Positions 34,673 through 43,719 of a stretch of 58,929 nt of DNA are shown here, one piece after another (within the stretch, counting starts at the first letter, position 1; the number at the start of each line of letters is the position of its first letter). Both the position numbers and the translations under genes were made by a program. Source of the stretch: an uncultured Bdellovibrionales bacterium (GTDB lineage: Bacteria > Patescibacteriota > Minisyncoccia > Moranbacterales > UBA1568); assembly GCA_964396225.1 (NCBI GenBank), contig CAYNEL010000001.1:1-58929 (forward strand), given 5' to 3'. The notes under the pieces are model-generated. The model did not search any database and was not told the DNA's origin. It saw nothing but the letters and a program-made list of their open reading frames with translations.

Positions 34673-35632
34673 TTATTTCACCCGGTAGTACTCTTTGTAC
34701 CAGTGGATGAAGTTCCGGATGCCATCATCGATGCGGGTGGTGGGTTTCCAGCCGAGCCGGCGGAGTTTGCGGATATCCGCCACGGTCGAGGGCACGTCCC
34801 CAGGCTGGATGGGTCGGAGGCGCCTCTTGGCCTTCCGGCCGAGGTTCTGCTCGATCACCTCGATGAAGCGGACCAGCGTCTCCTCCTGGTCCCCGCCGAT
34901 GTTCATGATGGCGTAGGGCAGGTCGGCATCGAGACAGGTCAAGGTGCCGGACACGATGTCGTCCACGTAGGTGAAGTTGCGGGTCATCTTGCCTCGGTTG
35001 TAGACGTCGATGGGACGGCCGCGGACGATGGAGTCGGTGAAGTGGAAGAGTGCCATATCGGGCCTGCCCCACGGGCCGTAGACGGTGAAGAAACGCAGTC
35101 CAGTGGTTGGCAAGCCGTAGATGTGGCTGTAGACGTGGGCGATGAGCTCGTCGGCTTTCTTGGTGGCGGCGTAGGGCGAGATGGGGGTGTCCACCGGATC
35201 GCTCTCGGTGAACGGAAGCTTCCGGTTGTTGCCATACACCGACGAGGACGAGGCGTAGACGAAGTTCTTGACCTTGTGCTTGACGGCCAGGTCGAGGAGA
35301 TGGATGGTGCCCATGACGTTCACGTCGGCGTAGAGGCCGGGATCGCGGAGCGAGTTGCGGACGCCTGCCATGGCCGCCAGGTGGATGACCTTAGCCGGCT
35401 TCTCCTTCCGGAACACTTTTTCTAGGAATTTCCGGTCACGGATATCGCCCTTGTAGAGGGTGAATTTCCCTTTGTAGGGTTTCAGGAACTTGGCGATCCG
35501 GTCGCGTTTCAGTTTGGGATCGTAGTAGTCATTGAAATTGTCGATGAGGATAGGCTGGTCTCCCCGGTCCATCAGCGCCTTGGCGCAGGCGCTGCCGATG
35601 AATCCGGCGCCTCCAGTGACGAGCACTTTCAT
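34673..35632 (-). CDS. UDP-glucuronate 4-epimerase-like NAD-dependent epimerase
   Basis: MKVLVTGGAGFIGSACAKALMDRGDQPILIDNFNDYYDPKLKRDRI is the typical opening of the UDP-GlcA 4-epimerase subgroup. Also present is ASSSSVYG...YAATKKADE. Confidence 0.8.
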   Translation of the reverse strand: MKVLVTGGAGFIGSACAKALMDRGDQPILIDNFNDYYDPKLKRDRIAKFLKPYKGKFTLYKGDIRDRKFLEKVFRKEKPAKVIHLAAMAGVRNSLRDPGLYADVNVMGTIHLLDLAVKHKVKNFVYASSSSVYGNNRKLPFTESDPVDTPISPYAATKKADELIAHVYSHIYGLPTTGLRFFTVYGPWGRPDMALFHFTDSIVRGRPIDVYNRGKMTRNFTYVDDIVSGTLTCLDADLPYAIMNIGGDQEETLVRFIEVIEQNLGRKAKRRLRPIQPGDVPSTVADIRKLRRLGWKPTTRIDDGIRNFIHWYKEYYRVK

Positions 35633-35688
35633 AGCGGGTAGTGGGTTAGGGTTTTGCCTTGTCGGTACCCCTGTATTATCCTTTATCT

Positions 35689-37140
35689 ATGGGAAAAATT
35701 CAACTCTCCGTCCTGGCCCGCCGGCCAGGGGTTATTCTGGGCCTCATCCTGGCCGCCTTTCTGGCCCGGGAAGCCTTTTTGGTTGCCCTCTCCCCGATGT
35801 TCACCGGTCAGGACGAAGCGCGCCATTACAACACCATCCAGTGGTTGGCTGAAGAACGCCACCAGGCCTGCCTCCGGACGACCAACGAGCACGACCAGGA
35901 GAAAGGAAATCTTGCCACGTACCGTTTCAGCGAAGAGATCCGCCAGACGAGCGACGCCGCCGGCCTCTCGGTGTGGCGGGAAGAAAACTACCGCAAGCCC
36001 CCCTATGCCGCGGGAGCGGTCGGATTCAACGAGCCGCTCATCGCCGAGCGTCCATGGACCCGTGAGATGACTATCTGCCCGCCGGACATCGCCACCAACG
36101 CCCGCGGCTTCAGCCTCTTCCATCTTGCGGGTAGCCTCATCGAGCGCGCCCTGAGCGAATCGGACGTGATGACGCGGTTCTACCTCATCCGTCTCATGGC
36201 GGCGGCGTTCGGGGCGGCGACCGTCCTCCTGGCCTACCTGGCGGCCACGGAAGCTGGGTTTTCCCGCCGGGTGGGGCTCCTCATCGCCTTCATCCTCTCC
36301 CTCCAACCTAAGCTTTCGGTCTATACCACCAATATCAACTACGACGCCCTCCTCATCCCCTGCTTCACCCTCTTCCTCTACGCTGGCATGCGTTTCCTCA
36401 GGCGCGGCCCGAAGCCCGGCACGCTCGTCCTCCTGGTAGGCGCAGCCGCCGGAGCCGCCCTCACCAAGGGAACCGGCCTGGTACTCGCTCTCGGCATGCT
36501 GTTCCTGTTCGCTCTTCGGGCTTACGCCTTTCGCGAGTCTTGGAGAGGGTGGCCGCTCCGATACTGGCTGGCCGGTCTGGTCCTCGCCTCCGCTTTCATC
36601 CTGGCCGTCACGGCCACCTATCCTATCCTCGGCCTTTTTCCCGAGCTCACCCCAGCCTCGTTCACGGAATACCTCGGCAAGAGCCTGCCCAAAATCCCCT
36701 CCTCCTCCGAGAATTTCTGGGGCGTCATCGGCTGGACCGCAGCCGCCTCAGGGCCGTGGTTTGTGTGGATCATCTGGGCTATCGAGGTCGCGGCTGTCTT
36801 CGGTCTCATCCTCTTCTTCCGGCGGGAGCAACGACCGGAGCATCTGCCTGGGAGGCAGGCCGTCCTCTTCCTGATCGTCCTCCTCGCCTCCCTCCAGTTC
36901 GGGGTGCGTCTCCATGACTGGCATGTCTTCCAGACGACCGGCTCTCTTGCTCTCGGCACGCCGGGACGCTATTTCCTGCCCAGCCTGCCGGCCCAGCTTA
37001 TGCTCCTGGCTGCCGGTCTCGGGATGCTCCTCCGGAAACCACTCCTCCTCGAGCGAGCGCTTCAGGTTTTCGCCCTTCTCATCCTTGCCTTCCATCTCTA
37101 CGACATCTGGCTGGTCATCCTCCCCCGTTTCTATCTCTGA
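35689..37140 (+). CDS. Polytopic membrane protein, GT-C/DUF2142-like candidate glycosyltransferase
   Basis: ATG 35689 (MGKIQLSVLARRPGV...) lies 9 nt after the extended -10 TGtATTAT (35672-35679). The early periplasmic loop carries FTGQDEARHY. About 11 TM segments. Confidence 0.6.
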   Translation: MGKIQLSVLARRPGVILGLILAAFLAREAFLVALSPMFTGQDEARHYNTIQWLAEERHQACLRTTNEHDQEKGNLATYRFSEEIRQTSDAAGLSVWREENYRKPPYAAGAVGFNEPLIAERPWTREMTICPPDIATNARGFSLFHLAGSLIERALSESDVMTRFYLIRLMAAAFGAATVLLAYLAATEAGFSRRVGLLIAFILSLQPKLSVYTTNINYDALLIPCFTLFLYAGMRFLRRGPKPGTLVLLVGAAAGAALTKGTGLVLALGMLFLFALRAYAFRESWRGWPLRYWLAGLVLASAFILAVTATYPILGLFPELTPASFTEYLGKSLPKIPSSSENFWGVIGWTAAASGPWFVWIIWAIEVAAVFGLILFFRREQRPEHLPGRQAVLFLIVLLASLQFGVRLHDWHVFQTTGSLALGTPGRYFLPSLPAQLMLLAAGLGMLLRKPLLLERALQVFALLILAFHLYDIWLVILPRFYL

Positions 37141-37144
37141 CCCT

Positions 37145-37837
37145 ATGCCACGCTTCCAGACCCTCACACTAACGATCCTCGTGCTCACCCTCCTATCCAT
37201 CGGAGGTGCGTTCGTGCGTGATTTTGGTCTGCCTGATTCGACTTGGCCGCTCGACAAGGGCGAGCGGGTCACCCTCTCCCCTGGGGAAAGCCTGACCCAG
37301 ACCTTCACGGCCCGGCGGGGCGGCCTCTCGAAGGTGGAGATCCTCTTCGGCAAGTTCACGTTGAAAAATAGCGATCGGTTGACGCTTGAGCTCCGGGACG
37401 AGCGCTGTGAGGACGTCCTGGCGCGACGGGAGCTCCAGGACGAGTCGTTCGACTCGGAGCACACCTATGCCTTCGTGTTCGACCGGGTCGAGGGCTCGGT
37501 AGACGAGACGTACTGCTTCAGGGCCGGCTTTGAGAGTAGCCGTGAGGTCGCCAAGGACAAGGCCCCTCGCTTCTTCACCGACCGGGTGTCCGCGGCCGAG
37601 CCGTACCTGCTCGAAGGCGACGTCGGGACTTTCCCTGGTACAGGACCGATCGCCATCCGTCCGGGATATCGGAACGCTTCCCTTCTGGCCGATCTGTCCG
37701 AACTGACGGATCGGATCTCACAATACAAACCCGCCTTCCTGAAAGGCGGGTGGTTGGCGGCCGCGGCCGCTTCTGGTCTCGTTCTGACACTCCTTTCAGC
37801 AATCCTCCTTCTTCGTGAAAACCGGCCCTCGGAGTGA
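37145..37837 (+). CDS. Hypothetical protein with an N-terminal and a C-terminal TM anchor
   Basis: ATG 37145 (MPRFQTLTLTILVLTLLSIGG...). The C-terminal segment is GGWLAAAAASGLVLTLLSAILLL. It starts 5 nt after the upstream stop. The ORF-track extension back to 36914 overlaps the upstream gene. Confidence 0.55.
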   Translation: MPRFQTLTLTILVLTLLSIGGAFVRDFGLPDSTWPLDKGERVTLSPGESLTQTFTARRGGLSKVEILFGKFTLKNSDRLTLELRDERCEDVLARRELQDESFDSEHTYAFVFDRVEGSVDETYCFRAGFESSREVAKDKAPRFFTDRVSAAEPYLLEGDVGTFPGTGPIAIRPGYRNASLLADLSELTDRISQYKPAFLKGGWLAAAAASGLVLTLLSAILLLRENRPSE

Positions 37838-37846
37838 TGCGGCCGG

Positions 37847-39040
37847 TCAGGTTTTGCGGACGGCTTCGCGGAGATACTGGTAGTATTCCTCGTTCCGGGC
37901 GTGGGCGGTGGTGAAATCCCGGAGCGTCTTTTCCCGCGCCGCCTCGCCCATTTTCTGGCGGAAACCCGGATCCAGCAGGAGTTTTTCGATCTTGGCGAAC
38001 CACTCCTCCGGATCCCGCGCCGTGAAACCGGTGACGCCGTCCTCGATGGCGTCCCGGAAAGGTTCCGTGGCGGCTACGACAGCCGGGATGCCGAGGAGGC
38101 CGGGCTCGAAAAATTTCAGCTGGGATTTGGATTCGCAGAACGGGTTGCCGATCTCGAGCGGGGCGAGACAGATGTCCACCGAAGCCACGTTCTCGAAATA
38201 TTCCGCCCGCGGGACATAGGGCAGGGCCGTGATGCGGCTTTGGTAGCGCGCCAATTCCGTCGACAGATCCAAGGGTCCGGCGATGACCAGCCGGAAGGCA
38301 GGATACGTTTCAAAGAGCTTTACGATGGCCGGCGTAATAGTGGCGAAATCGGCGTTGTGGGAAAGAGTGCCGCTGAAATACCCCACTCGCACCTCATCCT
38401 GCACCGTTCCCGGTTTGCGGTTCGCGCGTTCAGCCGAGAGCTGTTCCCCGAGGGAGACATCCGCCTGGGAGAGGCGGTTGGGCACGACCAGGGCGCGCTT
38501 CCCCTTTTCCTCGAGCTTCCTCACGAGGTAACGGGTCGGGGCGGTGGTGTGGGTGACGTACGGGTCGGCCACGATCTCGGCCCCGAGGCCGTTCTCGTAC
38601 AGTTTCCGCTCGAGGGCGTTCATCGTCTCCAGGCCTTTCATATGGGCGGCGTACTCCCGGTCGAAGACGAGATCGTCCGTGTCGAAAAGGATGGTCCTCC
38701 CCTGTTCCTTCAGCTGTCGGATGAGGCGGGCCAGGCCTGGGGTGTAGGGGGTGCGATGGAAGATGACTGCCTTGAAAGCGCCGATCCTGCCGGGGAGGGC
38801 GGGATGGTCCTGGAGCGCCACGCTCGTCCGGAGGCCGTGCAGGCCGAGCTCCTCGGCCACGTGGTGGGCCCGGTAACGGGCACTGTCCCCGGTGCCGTTG
38901 GTGACGATGAGGATGTCGCCCGGAGGGATGGGTTCCAAGTAGCGGGCCAGCGCCCCGATCACGCGCCGACTGCCGCGCAGGACCCCGTCCCGGCGGAGGA
39001 CAGACCAGGCCTTGCCGAGTCTGATGGAGAATTGGCCCAT
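37847..39040 (-). CDS. GT-B fold glycosyltransferase (GT4-like)
   Basis: ATG 39040 (MGQFSIRLGKAW...). The C-terminal half carries ESKSQLKFFEPGLLGIPAVVAATEPFRDAIEDGVTGF. The ORF-track N-terminal extension is P/S-rich and overlaps the upstream gene. Confidence 0.75.
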   Translation of the reverse strand: MGQFSIRLGKAWSVLRRDGVLRGSRRVIGALARYLEPIPPGDILIVTNGTGDSARYRAHHVAEELGLHGLRTSVALQDHPALPGRIGAFKAVIFHRTPYTPGLARLIRQLKEQGRTILFDTDDLVFDREYAAHMKGLETMNALERKLYENGLGAEIVADPYVTHTTAPTRYLVRKLEEKGKRALVVPNRLSQADVSLGEQLSAERANRKPGTVQDEVRVGYFSGTLSHNADFATITPAIVKLFETYPAFRLVIAGPLDLSTELARYQSRITALPYVPRAEYFENVASVDICLAPLEIGNPFCESKSQLKFFEPGLLGIPAVVAATEPFRDAIEDGVTGFTARDPEEWFAKIEKLLLDPGFRQKMGEAAREKTLRDFTTAHARNEEYYQYLREAVRKT

Positions 39041-39050
39041 AGGGTAGGAA

Positions 39051-39398
39051 TCAGGCGGCCGTATAGACGACCAGGATGACGAGGGCGAAGGCGGCGAAGA
39101 GGATGGACGCCTTGTTCCAGAGGGCCTGGCTACGGGCGGCCAGGCGGAGGGCATCTGGGCCGTCTTCCGTGCCGACCGTCGGCGAGAGGAGGTTCCACAA
39201 GGTAGCCACCAGCGACAGGAGGATGGCGCCCGCGAAGACGAGGCGCACTTTCGGCGGCAGGAAGTAGCGGGCGTCGGTACCGAAGAACACGGCCAGGAAG
39301 ATGGCCGTGAAAGCGAGGATGAGGACGGTCAAGCGGCGTTCCTCGCGGAGCTCGCGGGAAAGGGTGTGGACGTCGTCGGCCGGAAACAGCGTACTCAT
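39051..39398 (-). CDS. Small membrane protein (3 TM helices), hypothetical
   Basis: 115 aa with hydrophobic segments LTVLILAFTAIFLAVFF, LVFAGAILLSLVATLW and ILFAAFALVILVVY. It is wedged between the AAA+ gene and the GT gene, with 18-nt and 10-nt gaps. Confidence 0.55.
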   Translation of the reverse strand: MSTLFPADDVHTLSRELREERRLTVLILAFTAIFLAVFFGTDARYFLPPKVRLVFAGAILLSLVATLWNLLSPTVGTEDGPDALRLAARSQALWNKASILFAAFALVILVVYTAA

Positions 39399-39416
39399 AA
39401 CGGTGTGCCTTAGGGA

Positions 39417-41870
39417 TTAGAAATCCTCCACTCCGAACACAATCTCAGTATTGTTGCCCACGGACCCTTGAATGAACTTCCTGACCAGGGCGCTCTCGAC
39501 GGTATCGGAAATGTAGTGGTTGAGCGAGCGTGCCCCGAAGACGGGGTCGTAGCCTTCCTTGACCAGGCGCTCCACCACCCCGTCGGTGAAGGTGAGCTTG
39601 ACGTTTTTGTCCTTGCCGATGCGTTCGGCCAGGGCGTTCAGCTTGATGACGGCCACTTCCTTCATCTCGTCATGGGTGAGCGGCCGGAAGACTACCACTC
39701 CGTCGAAGCGGCCGAGGAATTCGAGTCGGAAGGCCCCCTGCTCCACCACCTTGTCTACCAAGGTCTTTCGGATGATCTCGTGCGACTCTCCCGCAGCCAC
39801 CGCCTGCTTGATGTAGAGGGCGCCGGCGTTCGAGGTGGCGATGATGATCATGTTGCGGAAGTTGACTTTCTTGCCGAAAGCGTCGGTGAAGAAGCCCTCG
39901 TCCACCACCTGGAGGAAGAGGTCGAGGATGTCCTTGTAGGCTTTCTCGATTTCGTCCAAGAGGAGCACGCCGTAAGGGTTCTCGCGCACCCGGGTGGCCA
40001 GGAGGCCCGGCTGGTTCAGCTCGCGCGAGCCGATGATGCGCGAGAGCGAGTCGGGATTCTGGAACTCGCTCATGTCGAGGCGGATCATCTTGGTCTCGTC
40101 CCCGAAATAGGTGTGGGCCAGGGCCTTGGCCGTCTCCGTCTTGCCCACGCCGGTGGGTCCCAGGAAGAGGAAGGATCCGATGGGCTTCTCTTTGTTGGCG
40201 ATGCCCACGCGGGCCCGGCGGAGCGCCTCGGCCACCTCCTGGATGGCTTCCTCCTGGCCGATGACGCGGGCGTGGAGGATCTCCTCGAGGTTGAGGAGCT
40301 TCTCCTGCTCCTCCTTCTTGACGGCGCCCAGCTGGATGCCGGTCTTGATCGTGAGGAAGGCTTCGACGTCGGCCTGGGTGACGAAAGGCCCGGCGCCGTT
40401 GTCGCGCCAATGGAGGAGGACACCCCGGGCCAGGTCGATGGCCCGCTCGGGGAAGGGCGAGTCCCAGTTGTACTGTTTGGAATAGGAGACGATGGCCTCG
40501 AGCGCCTTCCAAAGGAAGACCGGACGGCGCGCCTCGGTGGGGGCGAAGTACTGGAGCATGATCTCGATGGTCTCGGCTTCGGTGGGCTCCTCCACGTCCA
40601 CCGTGTCGAAGAGTTTCATCAGGGCGGGTTTCTCACGCACCAGGCGTTCCCGGTCGGTCGGCGAGGCGGTGGCCACCACCTGGAGCGAGGAGTAAGCGAA
40701 GTATTCGGAGAGGATGGCGGTCAGGTTGAATCCGGGCTGATCGTAGCTGAAGAGGTCGGCCAGGCGGTCCACCACCAGGATGATGTTGCCGGCGTAGGCG
40801 GCCTGGTTCAGGAGGTCGCGCAGGACGAGCTCGAGGTTGTCGCCCCGTTCGGCCGCCTCCGAGAGGGCCCGGCTCATATCGAAAACGAGGAGGCGTTTCT
40901 TGAAGAAGAGGTGGTCCACCCGCTGCTCGCGGATGAGGCGGGCCAGGTAATGGATGATGACGGTTTTGCCCACGCCGTATGGCCCCGAGAGGAGGACGTT
41001 GGTCTGGCGTTCCTGGGAGAGGATGAGCTTCATCATCTCGAAGGCGCGCTGCCGGCCGATGAGGTCCCAATGGGCGTAGTCGCTGTAGTCGTGGTCCGTC
41101 AGATCGCGCGAGTAGCGGTCGAGCCGGGGCGTGTAGGCAAAAGTCCACTGGTGACCGATGGGCGTGCGGTGGGAGAGACTCTCCCATGTCCACCAGGCGC
41201 GTTTCCGGTGGTCCTCTTCCTCCCAGGTGCGCTCGTAGCGGAAGAGCTGTTCGAAAGCCTCCGGGGTGATGTTGAGTTCCTTCAGTTTGGCCTGGAGTCC
41301 CGTCGCGTCGGTGAGGAGCGAACGGTCCCGGCCGTCCATCCCGAGCCGCTGGAGGACGCGCGCCGGCCAGACGGCCGCGTCCGCGTGGATGGGGTCCGTC
41401 TGTCGGGCGAGGGTTTTCTTGACGCGGAAGTAGTTGGCGAAAATGACGGTTCCCAGGACGCAGCCGGCTAGGAAGAGGCCGATCCAGAGCAGTCCCCCAC
41501 CGGCCATAAGGGCTCCGATGGCGACCAGCATCCAGAGCGGCCAGCCGAGCCAGAGGATGAGGGTGAAGATGAAGAGGAGGCCGCCCACGCCCGCCAGGCC
41601 GAAGGCGGTGACGATCACCACCGCCCGGACGATCGATCCGATGAAGCGGCTGATTAGGTTGTTGGCAAAATTGTTGAACCACTTGATGGGGTGGAGACCG
41701 ACCCAGTCCTTGAATCCGACGTCACGCTTCCACGGGGAGAAGAGGGTGGCGAAGAGTTCGCGGCAATTGAAGACGTAAAAAATAGCCCGGAAGAGGTTGC
41801 TCGAAATGCCGAGGAACCCTTTCAGTCCGAGAGTGTAGTACCAGACGACGAACGGAGGCAACCCGCGCAT
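39417..41870 (-). CDS. Membrane-anchored double-AAA+ ATPase of the Clp/Hsp100 (ClpA/B/C) family
   Basis: ATG 41870 (MRGLPPFVVWYY...). About 160 aa with ~4 TM segments replace the Clp N-domain. In D1, Walker A is GPYGVGKT but Walker B reads ILVVDRLA where ILFIDELH is expected. In D2, Walker A is GPTGVGKT, Walker B is LLLDEIEKA, and sensor region IIIATSN is present. There is no coiled-coil M-domain. Confidence 0.85.
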   Translation of the reverse strand: MRGLPPFVVWYYTLGLKGFLGISSNLFRAIFYVFNCRELFATLFSPWKRDVGFKDWVGLHPIKWFNNFANNLISRFIGSIVRAVVIVTAFGLAGVGGLLFIFTLILWLGWPLWMLVAIGALMAGGGLLWIGLFLAGCVLGTVIFANYFRVKKTLARQTDPIHADAAVWPARVLQRLGMDGRDRSLLTDATGLQAKLKELNITPEAFEQLFRYERTWEEEDHRKRAWWTWESLSHRTPIGHQWTFAYTPRLDRYSRDLTDHDYSDYAHWDLIGRQRAFEMMKLILSQERQTNVLLSGPYGVGKTVIIHYLARLIREQRVDHLFFKKRLLVFDMSRALSEAAERGDNLELVLRDLLNQAAYAGNIILVVDRLADLFSYDQPGFNLTAILSEYFAYSSLQVVATASPTDRERLVREKPALMKLFDTVDVEEPTEAETIEIMLQYFAPTEARRPVFLWKALEAIVSYSKQYNWDSPFPERAIDLARGVLLHWRDNGAGPFVTQADVEAFLTIKTGIQLGAVKKEEQEKLLNLEEILHARVIGQEEAIQEVAEALRRARVGIANKEKPIGSFLFLGPTGVGKTETAKALAHTYFGDETKMIRLDMSEFQNPDSLSRIIGSRELNQPGLLATRVRENPYGVLLLDEIEKAYKDILDLFLQVVDEGFFTDAFGKKVNFRNMIIIATSNAGALYIKQAVAAGESHEIIRKTLVDKVVEQGAFRLEFLGRFDGVVVFRPLTHDEMKEVAVIKLNALAERIGKDKNVKLTFTDGVVERLVKEGYDPVFGARSLNHYISDTVESALVRKFIQGSVGNNTEIVFGVEDF

Positions 41871-41948
41871 GGCAGTAGTCGGGTGAAAACTTGGATGTTT
41901 CCATTGTACGCCATACGTTTTGGCCCGCCAATAGGGTATAATGGACGC

Positions 41949-43712
41949 ATGCTGATTCTCCTCCCCCCTTCCGACCGGCGCGCCCTCTCGGCCGTCGGCA
42001 CGGCTATCGGTGTAGCGGTCCTGGCCGGCTACCTCTCCGGAGCTCTGGGAATTTTCGGCGGGACGGCGATGTGGACCGGCGTCATCCTTCTCGCGGCCTT
42101 CGGTCTCAGCCGAGCGTTCACCGCGCGCCTCCGCTTTTCGCGGGAGCTCCTCGGCGTGGCCGCGCTTTCCCTCGGGTGGGCGCTCTGCTTGAGCGCTTTC
42201 TCGTCCCCCAGCGTCTTTTCGGGGCGCGACCAGGGAGCGTACGCCGGAGCCGCCCTGAAACTGGCCGACAGCGGCGCTTTCACATGGAGGGAACCGGCCG
42301 CCCAGGCTTTTTTCCAAGTGTACGGCCGGGGGCAGGCGCTCAATTTCCCAGGCTTCTTTTACACGGATCAGGGCCTCCTGACCAGCCAGTTTCCCTTGGG
42401 AAGCATCGTCTGGTCGGCGCTGTGGGCCGACCTCTTCGGACTCGATGGATTGGTGGTGGCCAATACCGCCGCGCTCGTCCTGGCGCTGGTGTTTTTCTAC
42501 GCCCTGCTGCGATTCTTTACCCCCGTCCGGCTGGCTGCCGCCTCCACCGCCATCCTCGCTTTCTCTTTCCCGTTGACCTGGTTCCCCAAATACAGCTTGA
42601 GCGAGAACTTCGCCCTGCCGCTTTTCATGATGCTCGCCTTCTCGGTGGTGGCGGCCTACCGCGGCGGCCGCGGGGCGGCTTTCACGCTCGGTTGGACGGC
42701 GGGCGCCCTCCTCATGCTTACCCGCATCGAGGGCCTCCTCATCCTTCCCATTGCGCTCTTCCTCTTCTTCCGCTCGCCGGCCGGAGCGGCCCTGCTCCGC
42801 AAGCGCCCTTTCGCCGGTTGGTGGTTCCCGGCCTTCGGCACCTTCCTCCTATTCATCCTTTCGCTCTCGACCAGCCTGCCTTTCTACCGGACGGTGGTCA
42901 AGGCGCTGGCCAAGTCCTTCGATCCGAGCGAAACCATGGGCGGTAGCCTGCTCGGCGTGGCCGAGACCTTCCATCTGTTTCCAGTCCTGAACCTCTATGC
43001 CCTCCTCTTCCCCATACTGGTGGCCGTCCTCTCAGTGGCCGTCCTCCTGAAACGCGGACCGCGCGCGGCGCTCATTCCCATCCTCCTGGCCCTTCCCCTT
43101 CTCTGGTATTTCCTTAATCCCCATATTTCCGACGACCATCCGTGGATGCTCCGGCGTTTCCTTTTCGCCCTCTGGCCGGCCCTTTTCCTCCTCGTGCCCA
43201 TCGCTCTTGCCCTCGTCGGACAGCGTCTCACGACCAAATTCCCCGCCGCCCGCTGGCCGCGCTTCTACGCCGCCGCTTTCCTCCTCTACATTTTCCTCAC
43301 AGAGCTCCCCTTGCTTTTCCTCTTCGCTTTCCGCTCCGAGCACCGCGCCCTCTGGCCGGAGACAGAACGTTTGGCCGAGCGCTTCTCCGGCCGCGACCTC
43401 ATCCTGGTGAGCCGCGAGGCCTCGGGTGATCCCTTCGCTATGCTGCCGGGCGCTCTCTCGGCCCAGGGACTCCAGGCGGTGTATTTCTTCAATCCGGATG
43501 ACCTGATGCGTCTCGACCGGAGCGCTTTCGAGAATACCTATCTCATCGTGAGCGACGGCGAGTATGCCCGGTATGCGGCAGCGCTGAGCGACCAGCTCGA
43601 GCGTCTCGACACATACGTCCTCGAAACCAGTCGTCTCAAACCCGAGACCGACACCCACCTGCCCGTTTGGGAAAACCTCTCGACTATGGGCGCGATTTAC
43701 CGTCTCTACTGA
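41949..43712 (+). CDS. Polytopic membrane protein, GT-C (ArnT/PMT-like) candidate glycosyltransferase
   Basis: ATG 41949 (MLILLPPSDRRAL...), in frame with ORF 41691..43712 and divergent from the AAA+ gene. About 12 TM segments. The first loop contains SGRDQGAY (a DxD/ExD-like acidic motif). Soluble C-terminal ~120 aa. Confidence 0.6.
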   Translation: MLILLPPSDRRALSAVGTAIGVAVLAGYLSGALGIFGGTAMWTGVILLAAFGLSRAFTARLRFSRELLGVAALSLGWALCLSAFSSPSVFSGRDQGAYAGAALKLADSGAFTWREPAAQAFFQVYGRGQALNFPGFFYTDQGLLTSQFPLGSIVWSALWADLFGLDGLVVANTAALVLALVFFYALLRFFTPVRLAAASTAILAFSFPLTWFPKYSLSENFALPLFMMLAFSVVAAYRGGRGAAFTLGWTAGALLMLTRIEGLLILPIALFLFFRSPAGAALLRKRPFAGWWFPAFGTFLLFILSLSTSLPFYRTVVKALAKSFDPSETMGGSLLGVAETFHLFPVLNLYALLFPILVAVLSVAVLLKRGPRAALIPILLALPLLWYFLNPHISDDHPWMLRRFLFALWPALFLLVPIALALVGQRLTTKFPAARWPRFYAAAFLLYIFLTELPLLFLFAFRSEHRALWPETERLAERFSGRDLILVSREASGDPFAMLPGALSAQGLQAVYFFNPDDLMRLDRSAFENTYLIVSDGEYARYAAALSDQLERLDTYVLETSRLKPETDTHLPVWENLSTMGAIYRLY

Positions 43713-43719
43713 ACGGCAT

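Noticed and set aside
36914-37144. N-terminal extension of the 37145..37837 ORF
   Set aside because: It overlaps the 3' end of the polytopic gene in another frame and is S/C/P-rich with no features. ATG 37145 begins at the signal anchor.
39468-41471. 667-aa ORF antisense to the AAA+ gene
   Set aside because: Same shadow-ORF signature (runs of G, E, D, V, L, H). The minus strand encodes clear Walker A/B motifs.
41871-42317. N-terminal 149-aa extension of the AAA+ ORF (966-aa version)
   Set aside because: The extension is R/E/G/A-rich and low-complexity, and it overlaps the start of the divergent GT-C-like gene (ATG 41949). ATG 41870 begins exactly at the first TM helix.
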